Below, piece by piece: positions 8,533-18,526 of a stretch of 64,000 nt of DNA. The stretch is taken from the NCBI GenBank assembly GCA_963803425.1, contig CAWDMA010000001.1, forward strand, positions 501,355 to 565,354, given 5' to 3'. Both the position numbers and the translations under genes were made by a program. Position 1 is the first letter of the stretch. Every line of letters begins with the position of its first letter. A model generated the notes under the pieces. It made no database searches. It saw only the letters and a program-made list of their open reading frames with translations, and was not told the DNA's origin. Source of the stretch: an uncultured Thermoleophilia bacterium (GTDB taxonomy: Bacteria > Actinomycetota > Thermoleophilia > Solirubrobacterales > 70-9).

Positions 8533-10632
8533 TCAGGCCTCGCTCACCCGAATCCTCTCGTGCAGGCGGCGAAGCGGCGCCGGCGCCCACCAGTTCCACC
8601 TGCCGAGCAGCTGCATCAGCGATGGGACCAGCAGCGCCCGGATGATCGAGGCGTCGATCAGCACTGCGATGGCGGTGCCCAGGCCGAGTTGCTTGATGAA
8701 CACGATCTCCGAAGTGACGAACGCCCCGATCGCGATCGCGAACAGGAGCGCGGCCGCGGTCACGATCCGGCCGGTGCGCTGCAGCCCGATCGAGACCGCC
8801 TCGGAGTCCGACGCGCCGGAGTCGCGCGCCTCCTTGATCCGCGACAGCAGGAACACCCCGTAGTCGGTCGACAGGCCGAACACGACCGCGAACAGGAGCA
8901 GCAGCTGGTTCGGCTCCAGCGCCCCCTGGCTCGTGTAGCCGAGCAGGCTCTCGAACCGCCCGTCCTGGAACACCAGCACCAGGATCCCGAACACCGCGCT
9001 CAGCCCGAGCGCGTTCATCAGAAGCTGCTTGATCGGCAGCACCAGCGAGCCGGTCATCACGAACAGCACCGCGATCGTCACGGCGGCGACGATCGCCAGC
9101 ACCAGCGGCAGGTGGTCGACGAGGCTCGCCTTCAGGTCGACGAACGACGCGGTCCTGCCCGTGACGAGCGCGTCGTCATGCTCGGCGCGGAGCTTGTCGA
9201 CGAGAGCCTGGCTGCGCTCCCCGAGCGGATCGGTGGCGGGGACGGCCTCCACGACCCAGACGCCGCCGTCGAGCTGTCGCGGCTCGCTCACCGAGGCGAC
9301 CCCGTCCATCGTCGCGGTCTGTCGCGCCACCCGGGCGGCGGTCGACGACCCTCCCTCGACCGCGAGCTGCACCGGCGTGTCGCGGTACGGCGGAAACTCC
9401 GTTCGGAGGGCGTGGTCGACCCTGTACGCGCTCGCCGAGCTCGGCAGGACGCCGGCGTCGACCGAGGTCAGCTGAATCGACCAGAACGGGAGCCCGAGCA
9501 CGATCAGCAGCGCGGCTGTCGCGATCGCGATCCGTCCCGGCATCCTCATCACCACGCCCGAGAGCCGGTACCAGAACCCGCGCTGCTCGCCGCGGGCCTC
9601 TCGCTCGGCGCTGCGCTGCACGGAGCGCGGCGCGAGCGCGTTTACCCGGTCGCCGAGCAGCGCCAGGATCGCGGGCAGCACCACCAGCGCGATCGCGGCG
9701 GCGATCAGCGCCACCAGCGAGCCGCCCAGCCCCATCGAGTACAGGAACCGCTGCGGGAAGACGAGCAGCCCGGCGAGCGCTCCGGCGACGGTCAGGGAGG
9801 AGAACATCACCGTCCGGCCGGCGGTCCCGAGCGTCCGCTTCATCGCGTCCAAGCCCGGCCCCGAGCGGGCGATCTCCTCGCGGTAGCGCGACACCATGAA
9901 CAGGCTGTAGTCGATCGCCAGCCCCAGCCCCAGCCCCGTGATCAGGTTGAGCGCGAAGATCGAGACAGAGGTGAGCTCGCTGGCCACGGTCAGCATCAGG
10001 AACGTCCCCACGATCGCCAGGCCGCCGACGAGCAGCGGCAGCAGCGCGGCGACGAGCCCGCGGAAGAACAGCAGCGAGAGCAGGAACAGGATCGGGAACG
10101 CGTACAGCTCGGCCCTGCGGAGGTCCTCCTGGACCTGCTCGTTCACCTGCGCGTTCGCCACCGCTGGGCCGCCGACGGTCACCCCGGGCTCGCCGTCGAG
10201 CTCGTCGACGAGCCGGTTGGCGACGTCCTGGCGCGTTCCGTCGTCTTTCGTCCTCAGGGAGGCGGCCAGGTAGGTCGCGTCGCCGCCGCGCGAGACGAAC
10301 GCATCGGATCCGGTGTCGAGATAGCTGGACACTCGGCTCACTCCCGGGTCGGCGGCGAGCCGGCCCGCGACCTGCTCCACCCGGTGGCGGCCGGCGGGCG
10401 TGGTGACGTCGACGTCCCGGACCAGGGCGACCACATCGGTCTCCTCGTACCCGGCCGCCTCGAGCCGATCGTCGGCGCGGACGCTCTCGGTGTTGGGGTC
10501 GTCGGCGCCGTACGGCTGCAGCTTGTCGGCGACGCCGCCGCCGATCGCGCCGGCGGCCGCGAACGCGAGCACGCTGAGAATGACGACTGCCCAGCGGCGG
10601 CGGGTTACGAGTGCGGCGAGTGCATCGAGCAT
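8533..10632 (-). CDS. MMPL family (RND superfamily) transporter
   Basis: 699 aa. Two hydrophobic 6-helix bundles, each preceded by a large soluble loop. The start ATG overlaps the PadR stop (TGATG), suggesting translational coupling. Confidence 0.9.
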   Translation of the reverse strand: MLDALAALVTRRRWAVVILSVLAFAAAGAIGGGVADKLQPYGADDPNTESVRADDRLEAAGYEETDVVALVRDVDVTTPAGRHRVEQVAGRLAADPGVSRVSSYLDTGSDAFVSRGGDATYLAASLRTKDDGTRQDVANRLVDELDGEPGVTVGGPAVANAQVNEQVQEDLRRAELYAFPILFLLSLLFFRGLVAALLPLLVGGLAIVGTFLMLTVASELTSVSIFALNLITGLGLGLAIDYSLFMVSRYREEIARSGPGLDAMKRTLGTAGRTVMFSSLTVAGALAGLLVFPQRFLYSMGLGGSLVALIAAAIALVVLPAILALLGDRVNALAPRSVQRSAEREARGEQRGFWYRLSGVVMRMPGRIAIATAALLIVLGLPFWSIQLTSVDAGVLPSSASAYRVDHALRTEFPPYRDTPVQLAVEGGSSTAARVARQTATMDGVASVSEPRQLDGGVWVVEAVPATDPLGERSQALVDKLRAEHDDALVTGRTASFVDLKASLVDHLPLVLAIVAAVTIAVLFVMTGSLVLPIKQLLMNALGLSAVFGILVLVFQDGRFESLLGYTSQGALEPNQLLLLFAVVFGLSTDYGVFLLSRIKEARDSGASDSEAVSIGLQRTGRIVTAAALLFAIAIGAFVTSEIVFIKQLGLGTAIAVLIDASIIRALLVPSLMQLLGRWNWWAPAPLRRLHERIRVSEA

Positions 10633-11192
10633 CAGGCGGACCTCCTTCGGGCCTGCTTCGGGTCCGACTGTTCGGCGCGGAGCTCCGCGAGGACCTCATC
10701 GCACCACTCGATCGCCCACTTGCTGTGGGCGATCCCGTAGCGGACGACGAGGCGGGGGAACCGGTTGGGGCCGGCCTTCGCGATCGGCTCCACCGCGCGA
10801 AGCTGCTCGAGCTTCTCGGCGTGGAACCGTCGCTTCGCCTCCAGCGCCTCGACCCCGGCGGAGGGCTCCGCGTCCGCGAGGAAGAGCTTCAGGAGCGCCT
10901 CGTCACGCGACTCGTTCACCTCCGGCTCGGCCGACAGCCACGCTCGCAGCTCCTCCCGGCCGGTTTCGGTGAGCCGGTACTCGACCCGCTTCCGGCCGCC
11001 GCTGGGGCGCGACGCCCCCTCGACCAGCCCCTTCTCGGCGAGCGAGCGGAGCTCCGGGTAGATCTGCCCGTAGCTTGCGGCCCAGAAGAACCGCGTGGAG
11101 CGGTCGACGAACGACTTGATCTCGTATCCGCTCATCGGCTCGCTGATGTTGAGCAGCCCGAGGATTACGTAGGCCGTGCTCTTGCCCTCCAT
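10632..11192 (-). CDS. PadR family transcriptional regulator
   Basis: YVILGLLNISEPMSGYEIKSFVDRSTRFFWAASYGQIYPELRSLAEKGLVE...RVEYRLTETGREEL, a PadR winged helix with a C-terminal extension. Confidence 0.9.
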   Translation of the reverse strand: MEGKSTAYVILGLLNISEPMSGYEIKSFVDRSTRFFWAASYGQIYPELRSLAEKGLVEGASRPSGGRKRVEYRLTETGREELRAWLSAEPEVNESRDEALLKLFLADAEPSAGVEALEAKRRFHAEKLEQLRAVEPIAKAGPNRFPRLVVRYGIAHSKWAIEWCDEVLAELRAEQSDPKQARRRSA

Positions 11193-11207
11193 TTGGACAA
11201 CATATCA

Positions 11208-11223
11208 CGCCGATATATCGGCG
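11208..11223. promoter_or_regulatory. perfect 16-bp palindrome CGCCGATATATCGGCG, candidate PadR operator
   Basis: Lies 16 nt upstream of the PadR start in an AT-richer patch (ACATATCACGCCGATATATCGGCGAGATAGATGT). Confidence 0.45.
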
Positions 11224-11273
11224 AGATAGATGTGTGACCGACCTCACACCCGAGCGCCGCGGGCGCGGGCGCG

Positions 11274-12740
11274 TCAGCGGCAGGTGGCGCCGGCGCAGTT
11301 GCGGAGCTCGGCGAGCCGCTTCGCCAGCCGGGAGCGGACCAGCGCGTACTCGGGCGAGTCGTGGACGCTGTGCAGCTCCTCCGGGTCGCGCTCCAGGTCG
11401 TACAGCTCCTTGTCGCGGCCGTCGTACTCCGCGTACATGTAGCGGCGCGTCCGCACCCCGACGAAGCGCCCGTGCGTGCGCTCGAACACCTCCAGCAGGA
11501 CCGCCGGGTCGGCCTCGTTCCGGCCCCGGCTGGCGAGCAGGGAGCGGCCGTCGGGCTCGATGTCGGGCTCGGCGCTCGCCAGGTCGAGGATCGTCGGCGC
11601 CAGGTCGACGTTCCCGACCAATCGGTCGCTGCGCACCCCGTGGGCGAACCCGGGGCCCCGGATCAGCAGCGGCACCCCGATCGCCTCCTCGTACGGGTTC
11701 GACTTCCCGGAAGCGATCCGGTGCTCCCCCTTCAGGAACCCGTTGTCCGAGGTGAAGATGAGCACGGTGTTGCCGAGCTCACCCTGGCGGCGCAGCTCCG
11801 CCGCCACCCGCTTCACCAGCTGATCGACCGCCTGCAGCGTCTCGAGCTGGCTCACGTACACCTTGTCGATCTCCCTGCGCTGGGCGCGGTCCAGCCGCGA
11901 CCGGGACTGGATGAAGCGGGGCTTGTCGGAGACGTTGCGCTCGTTCACCGACTTGCGGTGCGGCGGCGTGCGGCCCTCGAACCGGCCCCGGTCGCGCGGG
12001 GCCGGCTCCGGGTTGCGGTCCGAGTACGGGGCCGCGCCGTAGTCGATGTGGGGCGCGGTCGTCGCCACCCACATGAACAGCGGCTGATCGCTCCCGGCCT
12101 GCTCCCGGATCACGTGGACGGCCTTGTCGGCGAGCACGTCGGTCTTGTAGTCGCGGGCGGCGTGGCCGTAGGAGACCAGCGTGCCGTTCTCGTTCACGGG
12201 GAAGTCGAACGGCGACCGGTGCCCCAGGGCCGGCAGCCCGTACCACTCGCTCCACCCGGGCGGCACCACCGTCGCCCCCTCGCCCTCGCCGTAGCCGTTC
12301 AGGAACTTGCCGATGAACGCCGTCCGGTACCCCGCCCGCGACAGCCACACCGGCAGCGTGTGCTCCGTGTCGAGCCGCTTGTACCCGCCCCTCGGCCCCT
12401 GGTTGTTGAGGACGCCGTGGTTGTGCGCGTACTGCCCGGTCATGAAGGTGGCCCGCGACGGACAGCACAGGGGGAAGCTCACCACCGAGTTGGTGTACGT
12501 CACCCCGTGGTCGCCGATCAGCCGCCGGGTCTTCGGCATCACGCTCATCGTGTCCACCGACTGGTCGTCGGTCATCACGACCACCACGTTGGGCGCTGCC
12601 TGGTCGAAGTTCGCCGCGGGCCTGACGGGCGTGGTCGAGTGGCGTAAGCCGCCGCCGACGACCACCAGCACGAGTGCCAACAGCCCGCCGAGCGCCAAGA
12701 CCACCCCTGCCATGCCGCGCCTCCGGACGGCGTCGAGCAT
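11274..12740 (-). CDS. sulfatase (formylglycine-dependent, arylsulfatase/GlcNAc-6-sulfatase-like), secreted
   Basis: VVVMTDDQS...FPLCCPSRATFMTGQYAHNHGV carries the C-x-P-x-R formylglycine motif. N-terminal anchor/signal sequence. Confidence 0.9.
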   Translation of the reverse strand: MLDAVRRRGMAGVVLALGGLLALVLVVVGGGLRHSTTPVRPAANFDQAAPNVVVVMTDDQSVDTMSVMPKTRRLIGDHGVTYTNSVVSFPLCCPSRATFMTGQYAHNHGVLNNQGPRGGYKRLDTEHTLPVWLSRAGYRTAFIGKFLNGYGEGEGATVVPPGWSEWYGLPALGHRSPFDFPVNENGTLVSYGHAARDYKTDVLADKAVHVIREQAGSDQPLFMWVATTAPHIDYGAAPYSDRNPEPAPRDRGRFEGRTPPHRKSVNERNVSDKPRFIQSRSRLDRAQRREIDKVYVSQLETLQAVDQLVKRVAAELRRQGELGNTVLIFTSDNGFLKGEHRIASGKSNPYEEAIGVPLLIRGPGFAHGVRSDRLVGNVDLAPTILDLASAEPDIEPDGRSLLASRGRNEADPAVLLEVFERTHGRFVGVRTRRYMYAEYDGRDKELYDLERDPEELHSVHDSPEYALVRSRLAKRLAELRNCAGATCR

Positions 12741-12815
12741 TGCGGCAACCTAGCAGGCTCCCCGCGCCGCGCGGTCACGTGGGTATTCTCGGCGGTTCCG
12801 CGATCGGCATCGCCA

Positions 12816-14107
12816 ATGGACCGGATCTCAGCTCAAGACCTCGTCGTGATGAAGTTCGGCGGCACCTCGGTCGCCGAGGCCGAGGACATCAAGCGCGCCG
12901 CGCGCCGGATCGTCGCCGCGCGCGAGCGCGGCAGCCGCGTCGTCGCCGTGCTCTCGGCGCGCGGCAAGACCACCGACGAGCTCGTCGCGATGGCCCGCGA
13001 GGTCTCGGATCGTCCCGCCCCGCGCGAGATGGACATGCTGCTCTCGACCGGGGAGCGGATCTCCTGCGCGCTGTGCGCGATGGCGATCAACGACCTCGGC
13101 CACGAGGCGATCTCGCTGACCGGCTCGCAGGCCGGGATCGTCACCGACTCCTCCCACACGAAGGCGCGGATCATCGACGTGCGGGCCGACCGGATCCGCG
13201 AGGCGCTCGCCGAGCGACCGGATCGTGCTGGTCGCCGGGTTCCAGGGGGTGTCGACCGACAGCCGCGACGTCACCACCCTCGGCCGCGGCGGCTCCGACA
13301 CGACCGCCGTCGCGCTCGCCGCGGCGCTCGGCGCCGACGTGTGCGAGATCTACACCGACGTTCGCGGCGTGTTCAGCGCCGACCCGCGGATCGTCCCGGA
13401 TGCGCGCAAGCTGGCGATGGTCTCCTTCGAGGAGATGCTCGAGATGGCCGCCTCGGGCGCCAAGGTGCTGCAGCTGCGCTCCGTCGAGTACGCGCGCAAC
13501 CACGGCGTCCGGATCCACTGCCGCTCGCTCCTTCGAGGACGCCCCCGGTACCCTCGTGCTCTCCGAGGACGAGACGATGGAGACGACCACTCGTAACTGC
13601 CGTCACCCACTCCGACGGAGGAGGCGCGAGTGACGATGACCGGCGTCCGCGACGAGCCCGGCGTCGCCGGGCGGATCTTCGGCGCGCTCGCCGACGCGAA
13701 CGTCAACGTCGACATGATCATCCAGAACGAGCCGGTCGCCGCCGACCATGGCGCGGACCTCTCGTTCACCGTCGCCGCGCGACGAGCTCGCGACCGCGGT
13801 CGAGGCGATCGAGCGGCTCGATGTCGCGACCGGGATCCAGACCGACGAGCAGATCGGCAAGGTCTCGATCGTCGGGGCCGGGATGCGCAGCCACCCGGGC
13901 GTCGCCGCGAAGGTGTTCGAGACGCTCGGCGACGCAGCGGATCAACATCGAGATGATCTCGACCTCGCCGATCAAGATCTCCTGCGTGGTCGCCGCCGAG
14001 CAAGTCCCGACCGCGGTGAAGGCCCTGCACGAGGCGTTCGAGCTCGGCGCCGACGCGGTCCGCCGCGAGCAGCCGACCGGGCTCGAGCACCGTCCCACGG
14101 TGTCGTC

Positions 14108-14111
<4 letters not shown>
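12816..14111 (+). pseudogene. lysC: aspartate kinase, reading frame broken six times (each net +1)
   Basis: VMKFGGTSV...LSTGERISCALCAMAI in frame 0. Continues as [11 protein letters not shown]...[14 protein letters not shown]...[21 protein letters not shown] (ORF 13225..), then [48 protein letters not shown] (ORF 13630..), [14 protein letters not shown]...[21 protein letters not shown] (ORF 13748..) and [17 protein letters not shown]. Frames run 0>1>2>0>1>2>0. Confidence 0.9.
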
Positions 14112-15163
<1,052 letters not shown>

Positions 15164-15191
15164 CGCCGATCCCGCCGGTCATCGCCGTCTG

Positions 15192-16392
15192 ATGGACCTC
15201 AGCTTCGGGGAGGCGCTGCTGGTCGTCGGGCTGCTGCTCGCGGTGGCCGCGGCGCTGTCGGGGGTGATGCGCGGGACCGTGCTGTCGATCTCGGTGCTCT
15301 CGGTCGCGGCCGGGATCGGATTTGCGGTCGCCGACGTGGTCTCGGTCGACACCGAGGACCCCGGCGTGCGTCGAGATCGATCGAGCTGGCGCTCGTCCTC
15401 ACCCTGTTCTCGGACGGGATGTTCGTCGAGCGCGAGCTGTTGGCGAGCACTGGGGCCCGGTCGGCGCGGGCGCTGGTGATCGCGATGCCGGTGACGATGG
15501 TGCTGCTCGCGCTCGGCGCCAAGGCTGCTGTTCGGCGAGCCTCACCTGGGCCGGAGGCGTTCCTGCTCGCCGCGGTGCTCGACGCCGACCGACCCGGTCG
15601 TCACCTCGGCCGTCGTCACCGCGCAGCGCGTCCCGGCACTGGTCCGCCACACGCTCAACCTCGAGTCGGGGCTTAACGACGGCCTGGCGCTGCCGTTCGT
15701 GCTGTTCTTCCTGGTCCTGTCCACGCCCGGCGGCGACGCCGGCACGGAGGCCGTCGAGCTGCTCGGCGAGGCGGCCGTCGGCGCCCTGATCGGGATCGTG
15801 CTCGGCCTGCTGGCGGGCGCATGCACAACCGGCTCCCCGGCGGCGGGATCACCGCGCGCTACGAGGGGATCTACGCGATCGGGTTCGGGTTGACGGCGTT
15901 CGGGCTCGCCGACGTCACCTTCGGCAACGGGCTGATCGCGGCGTTCGTGTGCGGGATCGTGCTTGGCGCCGCTCCGAGCACGAGGTGCCGGAGAGCTTCG
16001 TCGTCTTCAGCGAGAACGTCAGCGCGATCTTCCAGGTGCTGACGTTCTTCGTGTTCGGAGCGCTGATCGTCGCGACGGGCTTCGACGGGTCGATCCCGGC
16101 GCTGGCCGCGTTCATCGTGTTCGCGCTGCTCGTCGCCCGTCCGGTCGCGGTGATGGTGGCGCTGCTCGGCACGAAGCTCCCGCAGGCGCAGAAGCTGTTC
16201 ATCGCCTGGTTCGGGCCGAAGGGCGTCGCCTCGATGCTGTTCGCGCTGCTCGTCCTCGACAGCGGGGTCGCGCACGGATCGCTCGTCTTCGACGTCGCGG
16301 CGTTCATGATCCTCGCCTCGATCACTGCGCACGGGCTCACCGACACCATCGGGGCGCGGTGGATCGAGCGGCGGATGGAGAGCGCGAGCTAG
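15192..16392 (+). pseudogene. cation:proton antiporter (CPA1, Na+/H+ exchanger family), about eight frame changes
   Basis: Pieces sit in different frames: MDLSFGEALLVVGLLLAVAAALSG..., ELALVLTLFSDGMFVERELL, LLFGE, EAFLLAAVL, TDPVVTSAVVTAQRVPALVRHTLNLESGLNDGLALPFVLFFL, HNRLPGGGITARYEGIYAIGFGL, EHEVPESFVVFSENVSAIFQVL...WFGPKGVASMLFALLVL. Confidence 0.8.
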
Positions 16393-17276
16393 GCCGGAAC
16401 CGGCGTCAGCCGCTCCTCGACCCACTCGGTCGAGGCGATGTGCTTGCGCATCCCGAGGCGCTTCGGCTCGATCCCGAGCGCCAGGCCGACGAGCTGCGGG
16501 AGGTGGAGCACGGCAAGGCCGAGCTCGCGTCCGGTGATCTTCGCCGCCTCCGGCTGTTGCATGTCGAGGTTCAGGTGGCATAGCGGGCACGGGGTGACGA
16601 GGCAGTCCGCGCCGGCGTCGAGCGCGTCACCCACGTGGGTGCCGGCCTGGCGCAGCGAGGTCTCCCGGTTCATCGTCACGATCGGGAAGCCGCAGCACTT
16701 GCGGGCGCCGTCGTACTCGACGGCCTCGCCGCCGAGCGCCTCGATCACCTGCTCCAGGTAGAGGTCGCGATCGGGGTTCTCGTCGTACCCCAGCCGCGCC
16801 TTGGGGCGGAGCACGTAGCAGCCGTAGAACGGACCGACCCGCAGCCCTTCGAGGGGGCGTTGGACGTGCTTGCGGAGCTCGTCAAGCCCGAAGTCCTCGA
16901 CCAGCAGCCACAGGAAGTTCTTGTTCGTGATCCCTGCCTCGTAGTTGAGCCCCTCGGCGGCGAGCGCCTCGTTGATGTGGGCGCGGTAGGCGGAGTCGGC
17001 GTCGAGCCGCTGCTGACACTCGGACTGGGCTCCTTGGCAGGTGGAGCAGATGTTCATCATCGAGACGCCGGTCTGCTGGGCGAGCGCAAAGGTGCGGGCG
17101 TTCAGCGTGTCGACGAGCTCCTGGTTGTGCTCCGCAATCACCCCGGCACCGCAGCAGTTGGCGCGGTCCAGCTCGACCAGCTTGATCCCGAGCTCCTCGG
17201 CGACCAGCGCCATCGATCCGTGCAACTCCGGCGTGAACCCGCGCGAGACACAGCCCGGCCAATACGCAACTTTCAT
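16389..17276 (-). CDS. SdhE-like subunit with two CCG domains (HdrB-like), third gene of the sdh operon
   Basis: MKVAYWPGCVSRG...ANCCGAG and GCYVLRP...KCCGFP...TPCPLCHLN are two C-x-CCG-x-C-x2-C modules. This is the C-terminal part of the artefactual 747-aa ORF 16389..18632. Confidence 0.8.
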   Translation of the reverse strand: MKVAYWPGCVSRGFTPELHGSMALVAEELGIKLVELDRANCCGAGVIAEHNQELVDTLNARTFALAQQTGVSMMNICSTCQGAQSECQQRLDADSAYRAHINEALAAEGLNYEAGITNKNFLWLLVEDFGLDELRKHVQRPLEGLRVGPFYGCYVLRPKARLGYDENPDRDLYLEQVIEALGGEAVEYDGARKCCGFPIVTMNRETSLRQAGTHVGDALDAGADCLVTPCPLCHLNLDMQQPEAAKITGRELGLAVLHLPQLVGLALGIEPKRLGMRKHIASTEWVEERLTPVPA

Positions 17277-17279
17277 CTC

Positions 17280-17315
17280 CCGCCGCCTCCTCCGCTTCGC
17301 GTCCGGGGGCGGCGG
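17280..17315 (-). repeat. hairpin element copy A (core GGACGCGAAGCGGAG on the minus strand)
   Basis: Minus strand reads CCGCCGCC-CCCGGACGCGAAGCGGAGGA-GGCGGCGG with perfect 8-bp arms. It sits in the 56-nt spacer between sdhB and the sdhE-like gene, 3 nt before the latter's ATG. Confidence 0.85.
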
Positions 17316-17332
17316 GGCTTGCGCCACTCCCG

Positions 17333-18509
17333 TCATCGGTTTCCTACCTCGTCGGGCTCGGGCTCGACGGCCGCCTCGGGCACGTCCTGGTCGGGCTCCT
17401 CGCCCCGGATGTACAGGTTGAGCTCCTCGCGATGGCCCTCGGTGTGCTCGTAGATCCGCTTCACCCGCTTCTGGGAGTCGCCGGGGAGCTTGTGGTGGAC
17501 ACCGGGGATCAGCTTCGGCAGCGACCGCATCTTCCCGGTCCGGATCCCGCGGATCGCGGTCGGGATCGAGCCGATCAGGCCCTTGATCGCCCCCGGGGTC
17601 GGGACCAGCTTGCCCTTGATCCCGGGCGCGTAGGACTCCTGGAACAGCATCGACTCGTCGAGCGTCCCCTTCTTCTCGATGATCTTCGTGAACGCCTCCT
17701 CGTGCCGGCGTCCGTTGTTGGCGTCGTCGATCCCGTGGTCGTGGGTCGCCGCGCGGCGCAGTCGCATGATCTGGTCCATCGGCGCGACGCCCTTCGGGCA
17801 CGCGTCGATGCAGCTGAAGCAGTGGGTGCAGTCGTAGATCCCGTGCGGGTCCTGGGCGAGGTCGTGGAGGCGCTCGGTGTGCTGGCCGTCGCGCGGGTCG
17901 CCGACGAACCGGTACGCCTTCGCAAGCGCGGCGGGGCCGATGAAGTCTGGGTCGGCCTCCATCGAGAGGCAGGAGGAGACGCACGCGCCGCACTGGATGC
18001 ACGCCATCGACTGGGTGATGTCGATCATCGACTCGGGCGGGACGACGTGCTCGCGCTCGGGCTCCTCGCCCTCGGGAAGCAGCCACGGCGTGACGCGGCG
18101 GATCTTCGTCCAGTGGGTCGACTCCATGTCGGTGACGAGGTCCTTGATCACCGGCATGTTCCCCATCGGCTCGACCACAATTGGGCGCGCTGCGTCTCCG
18201 CTTCGCGTCCGGGCGCCGCGCGGTCACCGCCGGACTGCCGTTCCGTCGATTCGCGGCCTCGTGCGCCTCGCCGATCTGGGTCTTGCAGGCGAGCGTCGAC
18301 TGGCCGTTGATCTTCACCCCGCACGACCCGCAGATCGCGGCGCGGCACGAGCAGCGCACGACCAGCGAGCCGTCCTCGCGGTCGCGGGCCTGGAGCAGGC
18401 CGTCGAGCACGCTGAGCGTCGGGTCGAGCTCGACGTCGAACCGCTCCCAGTACGGCCCCTCGCCCGTCTCCGGCTGGTAGCGGCGCACCTTGAGCTCGAA
18501 CTTGGCCAT
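17333..18509 (-). pseudogene. sdhB: succinate dehydrogenase/fumarate reductase iron-sulfur subunit, frame interrupted at hairpin copy B
   Basis: N-terminal part MAKFELKVRRYQPETGEGPYWERF...CRAAICGSCGVKINGQSTLACKTQIGEAHEAA (frame of ORF 16389..18632). C-terminal part IVVEPMGNMPVIKDLVTDM...CIQCGACVSSC...CTHCFSCIDACPKG (ORF 17333..18178). The two frames are offset by +1 across 18179-18250. Confidence 0.85.
18186..18222 (-). repeat. hairpin element copy B, inside sdhB
   Basis: Minus strand reads CGCGCGGCG-CCCGGACGCGAAGCGGAGA-CGCAGCGCG. 37 nt, arms pair at 8 of 9 positions. Confidence 0.85.
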
Positions 18510-18526
18510 CGGATCGGAGACGGACC

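Noticed and set aside
18186-18222. Translational bypassing (T4 gene 60-like hop) over the sdhB hairpin
   Set aside because: Matching GCG/CGC codons in the two arms are expected by chance in GC-rich palindromic arms. There is no stop codon after a take-off site and no other bypass signal. It is kept only as a remote alternative in the finding.
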